Below are positions 1 to 10,080 of a stretch of 64,000 nucleotides of DNA, piece after piece. A program made the translations under genes and the position numbers. Under the pieces are notes generated by a model. That model had not been told where the DNA came from and ran no database searches. It saw nothing but the letters and a program-made list of their open reading frames with translations. How positions within the stretch are numbered: the stretch's first letter is position 1; every line of letters begins with the position of its first letter. This stretch comes from Candidatus Phoenicimicrobium oleiphilum (GTDB taxonomy: Bacteria; Atribacterota; Phoenicimicrobiia; Phoenicimicrobiales; Phoenicimicrobiaceae): positions 12,415 through 76,414 of the forward strand of contig JBDIWJ010000002.1 in NCBI GenBank assembly GCA_039638295.1, in the 5' to 3' direction.

Positions 1-757
1 AACGATGCCACTCTACCTCTCCTTCTCTAAGATCATCTGGTTTATAATAATCCCATTCTGTTTTTAGCCCTCTTACCTCTGTAATCTTTTTACCTGTCCT
101 ATTATCATAGCCCATAGACAAACATTTCATAACACGATCTGCTTCGAACATTACCATGCCCACGTGAGTGTCTTCTACATCACCACCATAATATACAATT
201 CCATATTTGTCCCAGTCTGCTTGATTGGGAGGAGGGTCAATGGTCTGCCAAATACAAAAATCTTCACTTTGGTAAATACCTCGTAGAATTATATAAATAT
301 CTTCCGGGAAATTGTGGAAGTCAATCTTTCTTTTCTCAACTACCGCATATATTTTACCATTATCAATAAATATACCTTTAAGATCTCCCTGGTTTCGAAT
401 ATTTTTGATTCTATTAAAAAAGAGTGAAGTTTCTCTTCTACCAGAAACAGGATCATATTCAATAAAATTACCCTTGATATCTCCGATTATTATTTTAAGT
501 TTAGGAAAGTGGTCTTCAGTATGTTTTGCTTCTCTCTTGTTTATATATTTTTCCAGCCATTCTTTATATGTAATATCTTCATTAGTAGAAATAAAATCAA
601 TAGGCTTATTTTCTATATATATTTTTGAATCTTGTGCAAAAATATTCAGATACAGAGATCCCAATAAAATATATACTACCAAAAAAAATACAACCTTCTT
701 TAAATTTGCCACCAAAACACCCCCTAAATAACAAGAATTGTAAAATTTATTATTCAT
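1..757 (-). CDS. hypothetical secreted protein (3' end beyond window start; N-terminal signal peptide)
   Basis: Reverse-strand reading from ATG at 757 gives MNNKFYNSCYLGGVLVANLKKVVFFLVVYILLGSLYLNIFAQDS... continuing to the window edge. It is absent from the ORF track because it is truncated. The hydrophobic N-terminus looks like a signal peptide. Confidence 0.55.
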   Translation of the reverse strand, partial: MNNKFYNSCYLGGVLVANLKKVVFFLVVYILLGSLYLNIFAQDSKIYIENKPIDFISTNEDITYKEWLEKYINKREAKHTEDHFPKLKIIIGDIKGNFIEYDPVSGRRETSLFFNRIKNIRNQGDLKGIFIDNGKIYAVVEKRKIDFHNFPEDIYIILRGIYQSEDFCIWQTIDPPPNQADWDKYGIVYYGGDVEDTHVGMVMFEADRVMKCLSMGYDNRTGKKITEVRGLKTEWDYYKPDDLREGEVEWHR

Positions 758-780
758 TATAAAAATTACTTTTTATCATA

Positions 781-1731
781 TTATGACCGAACAATAATTA
801 TTCTTGTTATAGTAGTCTTTGCGCCTTCATTATCTATTATTGCAAGCTCAACGTTATAAGTACCACTTGAATAAAAAGTATGTTTTACAATCTTCCCAGC
901 ATCTTTGTTCCCGTCTTTAAAATCCCACTGGTAAGTTTCAATTCTTCCATCAGGGTCATAAGATTCTGAGGCATCAAAGAAAACCTCTAAAGGCGCTTCT
1001 CCAGTTCTTGGGTCAGCAACAAATTTCGCAATAGGAAGTTGGTTAATATATTTCTCTGTCGGTGGTACTTCACTTTTAGATAAAGTACTTTTTTCTTGTA
1101 TTTCTGTCGAATTAAGTACGAGCATTTTTTCTTTTTTTAGTTCAGCAACTATTTTTTTTGCAAGTGAATTAGCTAAATTCCCATAATCCGCAAATGCATT
1201 ACCACTTGTAGTTGACGATACAAGCCATGCAACTTGTCCTGATTGCCTATCAAATAGGCGAGTTTCAAAACTAACATGAGGCTTAGAAACATAATATCCC
1301 CCATACTCTTGTGTATAACTTCTATAGTAAAGAGAATTTCCGTATAAACTTGCACTACCATGGGTTGAAGAACTTCTGGGTACATATGATTTCGTAGTCC
1401 AAAAATCCTTTAAAGCAACTGTCAGAATTCCATCTATTCTGTTTTGATCTAATATATTGAGTAATTCCTGATCAGTATATTCTTTTATCGGTGGAATTAA
1501 TTCTAGACTAGAGACCGCAGTCATATCAGCAGAAGCAAACTTTGAAACAAAAACATTTTCAGTCTGCCTTCTGAGTCCAATATCAGTAAATGGCGCAACA
1601 ATTAATATCTTTTCAAATTTTATGTGAGATAATTCTGGATTTTTAACAGTGTCAAGCTTTGTTTTTGCACATCCTATTAACCAAAGTGTAATTATAAGAA
1701 TTAAAATTAAAACAAAATATTTTCTTTTCAT
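781..1731 (-). CDS. lipoprotein with C-terminal PKD domain
   Basis: Signal peptide plus lipobox (LIGC). C-terminal segment FVADPRTGEAPLEVFFDASESYDPDGRIETYQWDFKDGN...GTYNVELAIIDNEGA is a typical PKD fold signature. Confidence 0.75.
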   Translation of the reverse strand: MKRKYFVLILILIITLWLIGCAKTKLDTVKNPELSHIKFEKILIVAPFTDIGLRRQTENVFVSKFASADMTAVSSLELIPPIKEYTDQELLNILDQNRIDGILTVALKDFWTTKSYVPRSSSTHGSASLYGNSLYYRSYTQEYGGYYVSKPHVSFETRLFDRQSGQVAWLVSSTTSGNAFADYGNLANSLAKKIVAELKKEKMLVLNSTEIQEKSTLSKSEVPPTEKYINQLPIAKFVADPRTGEAPLEVFFDASESYDPDGRIETYQWDFKDGNKDAGKIVKHTFYSSGTYNVELAIIDNEGAKTTITRIIIVRS

Positions 1732-1812
1732 TTTTATAAACTCCTTTAATTTTAATTTTTACTTTTTTATTAATCTAATGTGCCTTCAATGTCACACAAA
1801 ACTGCAGGTTAT

Positions 1813-2178
1813 CTATTGGTTTAGGCCTCTTGGTTTATTATAATCATATTTGACATTTCTTAATAATAATGTCAAATGTTGAGACATGAACCCTAGCCTT
1901 CCTTCTTTAAAAAAGGCTGATATTTGAACTTTTGGAGTCCTATCTCTTAATTCCTGAATTGTTATTTGTTTATTAAAATCATCTGTAGTCAGCCTCTTAT
2001 TTTTATCACTAAAAATAAGAGATAGTGCTTTTATTAAGTTATATTTTCCACTGTTATTAGCACCTATTATTATATTTATTCCCTCATGAAATTCAACAAT
2101 AACTGGATCTTTAAATCCCCTAAAATTACTTATCTGAATTTTAGATATATACATTTTTATTTCTCTCCCAAAATCCAT
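1813..2178 (-). pseudogene. N-terminal fragment of an OLD/AAA_15/AAA_21-type ATPase (truncated after about 120 aa)
   Basis: IQISNFRGFKD...IIIGANNSGKYNLIKAL is the Walker A / SMC-like N-terminus of OLD-family and abortive-infection ATPases. The protein stops far short of the usual 400-600 aa. Confidence 0.5.
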
Positions 2179-2184
2179 AATGAA

Positions 2185-2732
2185 TTAACCGAATGGCTTC
2201 TTTCCGGTGTTAATATGGTCATGGAGCCCTTGCAATTTTTTAGGTTTAATACAATACAATTGAATTGTTCCATAAGCCTCTAAAATAGAATAATCACCTA
2301 TCCATATTTCTAAAAATCCAGTTTCATTTATTTCTTTGATTATCTCATTGTCTAATAGTGACACTACATGGTCTATTGGAGAGTCCATTAATTGAAGTAG
2401 TAGTATAGTTTTATCTGGAAACTGCCAATTAGGTTTAGAAAGTTTTTTATCCTTATCGTAAATTAATTCTTGCAGATTCAAAGCACTCTCCAAAGGCTCA
2501 GCTTGTTCTTCACGATTGAGAACACGAGCCCAAAAAGCAGAATTTGGATCACGCATTATTTTAGTAAGCTCAATACCTAATTTCACGCCATCACTACGGT
2601 ACACAATAAAATCAGGGCGCTCAGCTGCATCAATGACATTAAACGATAAACCAGTAATTTGTTTATATTCCCTACTAAATAGTTCTAGGTCATTTTCTTC
2701 ATCCTTTTTTTACTAATTTCTTGATCTGACAT
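2185..2732 (-). pseudogene. hypothetical protein interrupted by a frameshift in a T7/A7 homopolymer
   Basis: ATG at 2732 with GGAGG RBS opens MSDQEISKK, then shifts frame at the A7 run (2705-2711). It continues as ...DEENDLELFSREYKQITGLSFNVIDAAERPDFIVYRSDGVKLGIELTK... to stop 2185. The ORF track only shows the GTG-started 139-aa piece. Confidence 0.4.
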
Positions 2733-3314
2733 TGAACTACCTCCATCACCAAATTTTCATAATGTCTTTACAATTTATCTATTTAACAACACCTTTTCCA
2801 AATTGTTAAACTAAATTTCATAGTCACTGGGATGTAGTAAATTAAATCAAAAGTATAGTAGATATAAATATCATCTCTAAAATCAGCTTCTTCATTAATT
2901 AAACCAATCGGATTGGTTTTTCTAAGTCACATATTTAACCTTTTAAAATGTTCTTTTGCTCATTTTTTCTTTTGCTCTGGTTGCTTCTTCCTGATCTTCT
3001 TCACTTTTTATTTCTACAATTTTTATCAGATTTTTTATGCCATGGTTCTATAAATCTTTTAATGCTTCTAATTCTTTTTATGTTATTTGGTTTTGTAATT
3101 TGTCCATATAATTCTGAATATTAATATTGATAAAGAAATTCAGATTAAAATTCCTTCTTATCCAATCTTTCTTTTTTAAGTGAGTTCATAGAACTTTACC
3201 CTGTATATTTATAAAACCTATAAATCTTTTTTACCTAAAGTGTAAACAGTACTCGAAAATGGTACACATAAATATAATTAAGGAAACTATTCCTTTTAGT
3301 TTTAGTTATATAAC

Positions 3315-4211
3315 TTATATCCACGGAAGTTCGTTAATCCTATTTTTTAGACCTTCAGAAAGTTTAATAAATCTTTCTAGTGAACCATCAAACATTCCTA
3401 ATTGCAATGGAGGCCATTTGTCTTTTCTTTTCTTGGCTTCTTCTGCCAACCTATTAATTGGTCCATTTTTTCTCTCCTGCCTGTACTTGTATCCAAATCT
3501 ACCTATGGGGTAATATTCACTTTTTGTAAAATCAGTATAAACGAGAGCATTGTATACTTCAAAATCATCAAAAAATCGCTCATAATCCCTACCCACAAAT
3601 AGAATTTCCTGAAATAATGGTTCTAAAATTTCAAAGAGATGTTCGCTTCGTGGAACATATTTTTGTTCTTGTCCAGGTATCCATTTAAACTCTTCGTTTA
3701 TACTAACAAGATTTTCATTTGCGGAAACTATAATTGGAAAATATTCATTCTTTATTGAAGAAGTTGGGATATTAGCAGAAGTTGTTAATGTTATTTTTAA
3801 CGCATAATAATTTTCAACAGATAAAGCAGCGATGCCTGATGAATACATAAGAACTTGAATGGGATACCACCTAAGGTTAGCCCAAAGACTTGATCCATAT
3901 GACCCGTTTTCTATTTCCGCTAAACGTGTAAATATCTTTTTAAGTAATAACAGTTGTTCATTATTACCCCATCGAGCAAGAAGTATAACAATTTTCTGAA
4001 AGTCTTTTAAAATTTCTTCATATCTTTGTAATCGATCTAAAAATTCATCTTTTTGTGTATTTGTATCCTGAACTGGAAATTTTTCCAAAGAAGTTTTATT
4101 TATAAATTTTTTTAATTGTTCTGTAACAAAATCATCTAATGTAATTCTATTTTTAGAGTCAGCTAGTAATCCTTTCGTCTTTTCTATAATAATAATTTTA
4201 GATTTTTCCAT
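3315..4211 (-). CDS. hypothetical protein (299 aa), downstream partner of the TIR-domain gene
   Basis: Start MEKSKIIII with AGGAGG RBS 6 nt upstream. Own TTGAAT..TATAAA promoter-like sequence in the 97-bp gap after the TIR gene. No recognisable domain. Confidence 0.7.
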   Translation of the reverse strand: MEKSKIIIIEKTKGLLADSKNRITLDDFVTEQLKKFINKTSLEKFPVQDTNTQKDEFLDRLQRYEEILKDFQKIVILLARWGNNEQLLLLKKIFTRLAEIENGSYGSSLWANLRWYPIQVLMYSSGIAALSVENYYALKITLTTSANIPTSSIKNEYFPIIVSANENLVSINEEFKWIPGQEQKYVPRSEHLFEILEPLFQEILFVGRDYERFFDDFEVYNALVYTDFTKSEYYPIGRFGYKYRQERKNGPINRLAEEAKKRKDKWPPLQLGMFDGSLERFIKLSEGLKNRINELPWI

Positions 4212-4314
4212 TATCAACCTCCTAACTTATTTAGGAGTATATTTTAATATAACCTCTATAAATATTTTTATAATCGACTCCTCTAATTCAAAAAAATATC
4301 ATATTTATATTTTT

Positions 4315-5262
4315 TTATCTCTTACAATATAAATTATTTGTAAAACGAATCCATAAATATTTTGCTGCTTCTTCAGAAGTTAGGATTTTATCCTCTTGAA
4401 ATTCTTTAATATACATTGAAGAAAATCCAAATGGTTTTAACCCCAAATTAAATCCATCATCATTCACAGTAAGCCAATCATTATATGAACCATCATTTCC
4501 ATAACTGAAATCGCCTTCACTATAAGAAATTCCAATGTCAGAAATTGGGCTACCAACCCAAATCTTACATTTATTAAGCAACCCCCCACTTTTATAAACT
4601 GCACAAATAAATTTAAACTTATCTATATCATCAATATCAAATTCTATTTCTTGATAACGAATCTTTAATTTATTTAAGGCATTTCTGAAATACTGCTTTA
4701 CAATACTGAAAGTATTTTTTATAAATCGATCTTTATCTAATTGTGAAAATTCTTTAGGTATTTTAGGTATTGGAATATCTAAATTTGATTCGCTATTATC
4801 CAAATTTTTATGCTCTATTTTTTTATTGCTCCTTCCAAGACATCTTTTTAATTCTTCAACTATTTTTTTAACATCTTTCTCCCAAATTATATATCGCTTA
4901 TCATTAAGAATTGGATATTGTAGCAAAATCTTATCCCTAACTTCCTTATTTCCAACAATCAAAGGGAGAACTTTTACCTCTCCAGCTGAAGACTCTATAT
5001 TTAATGCAGAGGTTAATTCTTTTTGTGGCCAGTTTTTTGATAAGAAAACATTACTAAGCACAACAATCACATAACGAGATATTCTCAAACCTTCATTGAT
5101 TTTATTAGGGATACTTTCTCCCCATTTAATTTCAGCCTCATCATACCAATAAGAAATACTTTCTTTATCCAAGGTCTCCAGTAATGGTTTAACAACGGAT
5201 TCTTTATCTTCACTTGCGTGACAGATAAAAATATCTTTTAACTTAACCATAAATAAACACAT
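4315..5262 (-). CDS. TIR-domain protein with unknown C-terminal domain of about 170 aa
   Basis: N-terminus DIFICHASEDKESVVKPLLETLDKESISYWYDEAEIKWGESI...VIVVLSNVFLSKNWPQKELTSAL is a canonical bacterial TIR (NADase) motif set including the conserved Glu. Confidence 0.8.
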   Translation of the reverse strand: MCLFMVKLKDIFICHASEDKESVVKPLLETLDKESISYWYDEAEIKWGESIPNKINEGLRISRYVIVVLSNVFLSKNWPQKELTSALNIESSAGEVKVLPLIVGNKEVRDKILLQYPILNDKRYIIWEKDVKKIVEELKRCLGRSNKKIEHKNLDNSESNLDIPIPKIPKEFSQLDKDRFIKNTFSIVKQYFRNALNKLKIRYQEIEFDIDDIDKFKFICAVYKSGGLLNKCKIWVGSPISDIGISYSEGDFSYGNDGSYNDWLTVNDDGFNLGLKPFGFSSMYIKEFQEDKILTSEEAAKYLWIRFTNNLYCKR

Positions 5263-5323
5263 CCTTAAAATTCATTTCTTTTTTTAATACTAATTACTTT
5301 TATTTTAACAATTTATTTATCTT

Positions 5324-8300
5324 TCATGCGAATGTGCCTTCATATATACTCTTCCCAGCACCGAAGTAAGAATCATAGATATGCTGATAGACCTGCTGGC
5401 ATTTTTCTTGGAAAATATCTTTGCTGTAGCTTATTGGCAAGTATTTATCCAATATCTCTTCTATAGTTACCTTTACACTTGCCCTGGCTTGTTGTTTTTT
5501 GCGCCATTCTAAAACTAATTTCTCTTGCTTTAATTTAGATAGTAATTCTTTAGATGCCTGTTTCACTTGCTTCTCCTCTTTTTTGCTGAGATCAGGTTTA
5601 TTCAATAAATCAAAAATAGCTAACTCTTCTTCAGTAAAACCCTCCCTGATATGCCTTTTATCCTCTTCATCTAATTGTTTAGCAAAATCTATCAGCTCTT
5701 TAAAAAGTATCTCTATATTTATAGCTCCGGAATTATATTCTTCAATCAACTTTTGAAACTTTTCCAAGAGATCCTTTCTTGATTTATTTAACATAACCAA
5801 TAAATTTATCTTTCTGCTTATTGCATTCTTCAATCTTTCTACTTCAATATGTTTGTTTCCCTCAAAGAATTTCTTTTTTATTCTTTCAAAATCTATCTTG
5901 CTTAAATCAATCTTATTCTTATAATATTTTTCTTTTTCCTTATTTATGTCCACTACACCTACGGATTCATCAAGTAAATTTTCTAATTTCCCCTTTATCT
6001 CTGAAATATCTACCTCGGGATTTAAAGAATAAATTTTCTCCTGAATTGCCCTAAATAGATCATGATAAATATGAAATTTATCTGCCTGAATATCTGGTAA
6101 TATGGCTTTATAGTTCTTTCTAATCTCATTTGCTAAAGACATATATTGATTTTTAACTTCATCACTAATTAGTACCTTATCAACTGCTTCATCAAGGTTT
6201 TTAACTCTTTCAAAACCCTGGCTGTCTAAAATACTCTGGATATTAATATTCTGTTCATGGCAAAAATTTAACATCTGATCTATAATGTCTTTCAGTTTTT
6301 TAATTAACTTTTCCTTGGGCACCACCGGATAATCAATTGCTTCATCTCCCGGGGTGTAAATAGCCAGAGCATTCTTTAAATTTCTAAAAATACCTATATA
6401 ATCTACTATTAATCCGTTCGGTTTATCTTTAAACACTCTATTAGCTCTAGCAATTGCCTGCATCAGAGTGTGATTTTTCATCGGTTTATCTAAATAAATT
6501 GTAGATAAACTTGCTACGTCAAAACCAGTGAGCCACATAGCACAGACAAAAACTAATCGAAAAGGATTCTTAGGATCCTTAAATTTATCATCTAAATTTT
6601 CTTTATTCATCCTTTCCCGATGTTTCTGAATGTCCAATCCCATTTTATTAAATTTTTTAATTTCGTTCTGTTCACCACTCACTACAACTGCCATATCTGT
6701 TTCTTTCATATAATTAATCTTTTTCTCTATCATTTCCCTTTCAAAATCATCTTCGCAATGCTCTAATTTCTTTTTTAAACTTTCAATATATCGATTCCAG
6801 TACTTTTGGACTTTATCATACATCCTAACAGTCGTAGGTTTATCAATAGAAACCACCATTCCTTTGCCTTGATACCCCCTGCTGACAAAATGCAAAACTA
6901 TATCTTCTGCTATTTTCTCCAACCTATCTTCTCTGGTTATAATTTGATATTCTTTGCTAAATTCACGACTCAGTTTTTCTTCTTGCCTGGCATCCAACAT
7001 CGCCTCATCCAGTAAATCTTCTAACCCTTCTGAAAATTTTTCTACATCCAGCTCAACTTCGGGAATCCTATTTTCATAATAAAGAGGGACAGTGGCTTTA
7101 TCATCAGTGGACTGTTTATAGCTATATATACTGACATAATCCCCAAAGGTTTCTTTGGTACGTTCTTCTCCAACGATTAAAGGAGTGGCAGTGAAGGCGA
7201 TAAAGGAAGCATTGGGTAAAGCTTTTCTCATATTTAAAGCAAGGGTATCATATTGAGTTCGATGAGCTTCATCGGTAATTACGATAATATCGTCACGTTC
7301 ATTAATCGGATAAATATTATCTTCATCTGAGCTAAACTTATGAATCAAAGTAAATATATTTCGATGGTCCTCTTTTAAAAGTTGCCTTAAATGACGACAA
7401 CTTTTAGCATGCACTTCATCTTCGGTAACCGCACCAACACTTAAAAAATTTTTGTATATCTGATCATCCAATGCTACACGGTCGGTAACAATTAAAAAAG
7501 TATAATTCCCGCTAAACTTTCTTAAGATCTTTTGGGAGAAAAATATCATGGAAAAACTTTTTCCACTTCCCTGAGTATGCCAGAAGACTCCCAGTTTTTT
7601 ATTTTCCTTAGATTTACTTCTAAGTTCCCTGAATTTTTCAATGGCTTGGTTAACCCCTAGAAATTGATGATTTTTTGCCATGATTTTTATCATTGAGCCA
7701 TCCATATTTTGATATAGAATGAAATTTTCCAGGATATCCAGAAACTTTCTCTTTTCACAAACTCCCTTTATCAGGGTATCCAGAGAAACAATTCCTTGCT
7801 CACCTTCTGAATTTATCTTTTTCCATTCAGTAAAATGTTCCCATTCTGAGGTAATTGTACCAACCTTTGCTTCTGAGGTATTGGATAAGATAATAAATGT
7901 ATTAAACCAGAATAGTTGTGGAATGGTATCTTTATAATCAGAGAGATTTTGATAGAAGGCATTTTCCAATTTTTTATGTGCAGTTTTTAATTCTATAAAT
8001 ATTAAAGGCAATCCGTTTACAAACCCTATCAGGTCAGCCCTTCTTTTATACATTTGTCCTGTTATCCAAAATTGGGAAGCAAGTAAAAAATCATTATTCT
8101 CAGGCTGTTCAAAATCAATAACCTTGATATTTTCAATTTCCAGCTCTCCATTATCTCTTCTAACTACAATATTGATACCTTTTACTAACATATTGTATAT
8201 TTCTTTGTTTGCCATAACCGGATTTAGATTGCTCAAATCCATAGTAATTTTTTCTATTGCCTGATCAATAATTTCAGGTAGGGTTTCTGGATTAAGAGAA

Positions 8301-8485
8301 ATTAATGCAGACCTTAAGCGAGGGATTAATACTACTTCCATAGATGTTTTTCTGCCCAGAGTTGCCAAGTCTGGATCTTCATTAAAAACTTCGTGATAGC
8401 AATTCAAGTATTCATAACCAAGAGATTGGAATGTTTCTATGGCAGGGATTTCTGCCAATTCCAATTCGGAATAACTTGAACTCAT
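5324..8485 (-). CDS. hsdR: Type I restriction enzyme R subunit
   Basis: 1053 aa, SF2 helicase motifs and HsdR N-terminal nuclease region. Overlaps hsdS by 4 nt. Confidence 0.9.
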   Translation of the reverse strand: MSSSYSELELAEIPAIETFQSLGYEYLNCYHEVFNEDPDLATLGRKTSMEVVLIPRLRSALISLNPETLPEIIDQAIEKITMDLSNLNPVMANKEIYNMLVKGINIVVRRDNGELEIENIKVIDFEQPENNDFLLASQFWITGQMYKRRADLIGFVNGLPLIFIELKTAHKKLENAFYQNLSDYKDTIPQLFWFNTFIILSNTSEAKVGTITSEWEHFTEWKKINSEGEQGIVSLDTLIKGVCEKRKFLDILENFILYQNMDGSMIKIMAKNHQFLGVNQAIEKFRELRSKSKENKKLGVFWHTQGSGKSFSMIFFSQKILRKFSGNYTFLIVTDRVALDDQIYKNFLSVGAVTEDEVHAKSCRHLRQLLKEDHRNIFTLIHKFSSDEDNIYPINERDDIIVITDEAHRTQYDTLALNMRKALPNASFIAFTATPLIVGEERTKETFGDYVSIYSYKQSTDDKATVPLYYENRIPEVELDVEKFSEGLEDLLDEAMLDARQEEKLSREFSKEYQIITREDRLEKIAEDIVLHFVSRGYQGKGMVVSIDKPTTVRMYDKVQKYWNRYIESLKKKLEHCEDDFEREMIEKKINYMKETDMAVVVSGEQNEIKKFNKMGLDIQKHRERMNKENLDDKFKDPKNPFRLVFVCAMWLTGFDVASLSTIYLDKPMKNHTLMQAIARANRVFKDKPNGLIVDYIGIFRNLKNALAIYTPGDEAIDYPVVPKEKLIKKLKDIIDQMLNFCHEQNINIQSILDSQGFERVKNLDEAVDKVLISDEVKNQYMSLANEIRKNYKAILPDIQADKFHIYHDLFRAIQEKIYSLNPEVDISEIKGKLENLLDESVGVVDINKEKEKYYKNKIDLSKIDFERIKKKFFEGNKHIEVERLKNAISRKINLLVMLNKSRKDLLEKFQKLIEEYNSGAINIEILFKELIDFAKQLDEEDKRHIREGFTEEELAIFDLLNKPDLSKKEEKQVKQASKELLSKLKQEKLVLEWRKKQQARASVKVTIEEILDKYLPISYSKDIFQEKCQQVYQHIYDSYFGAGKSIYEGTFA

Positions 8486-9651
8486 TTTATCTCCTCTGTT
8501 TTAATATCTAAATCTGACACATCGATAGTGCCGGAAATAAGTTTCGGGAGTAGGTAATCTCGATTTATTCTTAAAAAATCATTCTTTTCTTCCAAAATTA
8601 ACTTTAGCTGAAGGAGGGTAGAAACACATTTTTCAAAATCATAAACAATTTCTTTTCTTGGTATTAAAAATTTCATATATTTTCTTGAAAAACCTGCATG
8701 AATTATCGTGGTACCTGATGAATATGCTTTAATTGTTTCCTGAATTTGCTCAGATTTTAATAGAAAATAAAGATATGCCCACGTTATTTTTTTATCTTTA
8801 ATAACAACTTTTTGTATTCCACTGGAATATGCACCATGATTACCAATTTTAACAATTCCAGGTGTTCCATCTAAAGTAAGAGCTATATCCTTTTTATTTA
8901 GTATTCTATCTTTAGCAATATTTTTGTATATCCATATTTGTGATCGACGATCATTTAGATCTCCGACTCTTAAAAAAGGTATAGTATTTGGCATTTTTTT
9001 ATCTAGGTAATTTTTTGTTCCTGGCTCAAATCCTTTTATAAAATCTACAAAATCTTCAAGCTTTCTTACTTCCCATCCTTCGGGGATTTTACCTAATTCT
9101 GAATCAACCATTTTGACCTTTTCATGGCCGGGAAATCGAAAATGAACAAACCATTCTCGATAAATAAGCTGCGCCATTTCTTCAAGGATTTTTATCCGTC
9201 GGGTGTTGTTTTCAATGAGGTCGTCGTAAGCGGAGAGAATGGAGGAGATTTTGTTCTGAATATTAAGAGAGGGTAAAGAAATTTTTTGCTGATATGCAAC
9301 ATTTCTATTTAAACCAGGAACAGCTGCATCAGAATTTAATCTATACAAGCCTAAATCCAGTAATAAATAATACAAGAATCTAATATCATATACTTCTTTA
9401 TTTTCCGTTATATAGAATACTGTGTCGATTGGGAAAAAATTCTTTTTTTCAAAATACACACTTCCAATTGTTCCTTTCCTGCCAACTATTATTCCAGGAC
9501 CTTTTATGTAATATTCTTTGTTATAATCCACTATACCACCTGACCCATAAACAGGGTATATTCCATGTATCCGTTTTCGTTTAGGTAACCCTTTTCCATA
9601 ATTAAACTTGCAAATGTCACCTAATTCTGTGGTTTTCCACTTATTTTTCAT
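8482..9651 (-). CDS. hsdS: Type I restriction-modification specificity subunit
   Basis: Two target-recognition domains separated by conserved spacer helices. Typical HsdS architecture. Confidence 0.85.
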   Translation of the reverse strand: MKNKWKTTELGDICKFNYGKGLPKRKRIHGIYPVYGSGGIVDYNKEYYIKGPGIIVGRKGTIGSVYFEKKNFFPIDTVFYITENKEVYDIRFLYYLLLDLGLYRLNSDAAVPGLNRNVAYQQKISLPSLNIQNKISSILSAYDDLIENNTRRIKILEEMAQLIYREWFVHFRFPGHEKVKMVDSELGKIPEGWEVRKLEDFVDFIKGFEPGTKNYLDKKMPNTIPFLRVGDLNDRRSQIWIYKNIAKDRILNKKDIALTLDGTPGIVKIGNHGAYSSGIQKVVIKDKKITWAYLYFLLKSEQIQETIKAYSSGTTIIHAGFSRKYMKFLIPRKEIVYDFEKCVSTLLQLKLILEEKNDFLRINRDYLLPKLISGTIDVSDLDIKTEEIK

Positions 9652-9738
9652 TTATACTTTTTCCTCTTATATATTATCTCCCTGCTTTCCTTGCCGCTGC
9701 TTCAATCCAATCGCTAATATTATCCTACCCTCCACCTA

Positions 9739-10080
9739 CTATCTACCAAATTCCTCCAAAATCTTTGCAACATTTTCTGATACAATTTCTCCACAATTCG
9801 GGCAATGAAATATTTTGCCATTTTTCATTTCTTTAAACTTTAAGCCGGTACCTTTGTTTGGTGATTTCTTAAAAACAGTAAACAACCTGCCATAAGAATC
9901 TATATCTTCCATAAGTCCACATTTTGGACACTCAATTAATTCTCGGTCATCAACAAATATTCCAAGTGACCTGGCTTCTTCTTTTATTTTTATAAGTTGT
10001 TTAGTTGCTTTAAAAAGTTTGTCTGGAATAATGGTTCTTTTATCTGATATTTTCTTATTCATCTTTTGCTTTTTTATCAA
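9739..10080 (-). CDS. small zinc-ribbon protein (CPKC...CPNC) embedded in the Type I R-M operon
   Basis: 113 aa with two CxxC pairs (CPKCG, CPNCG). Overlaps upstream gene by 26 nt. Confidence 0.5.
   Translation of the reverse strand: MIKKQKMNKKISDKRTIIPDKLFKATKQLIKIKEEARSLGIFVDDRELIECPKCGLMEDIDSYGRLFTVFKKSPNKGTGLKFKEMKNGKIFHCPNCGEIVSENVAKILEEFGR

Noticed and set aside
312-731. 139-aa plus-strand ORF at the window start
   Set aside because: It is antisense to a much more convincing minus-strand gene with signal peptide (start at 757) and has low-complexity, Leu/Ile/Phe-rich translation. Spurious.
2750-3300. Possible decayed toxin-antitoxin or small-protein genes (e.g. minus-strand MNSLKKERLDKKEF, ...IRSIKRFIEPWHKKSDKNCRNKK)
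   Set aside because: Only short broken frames with no identifiable domain. Cannot be supported beyond noting fragmentation.
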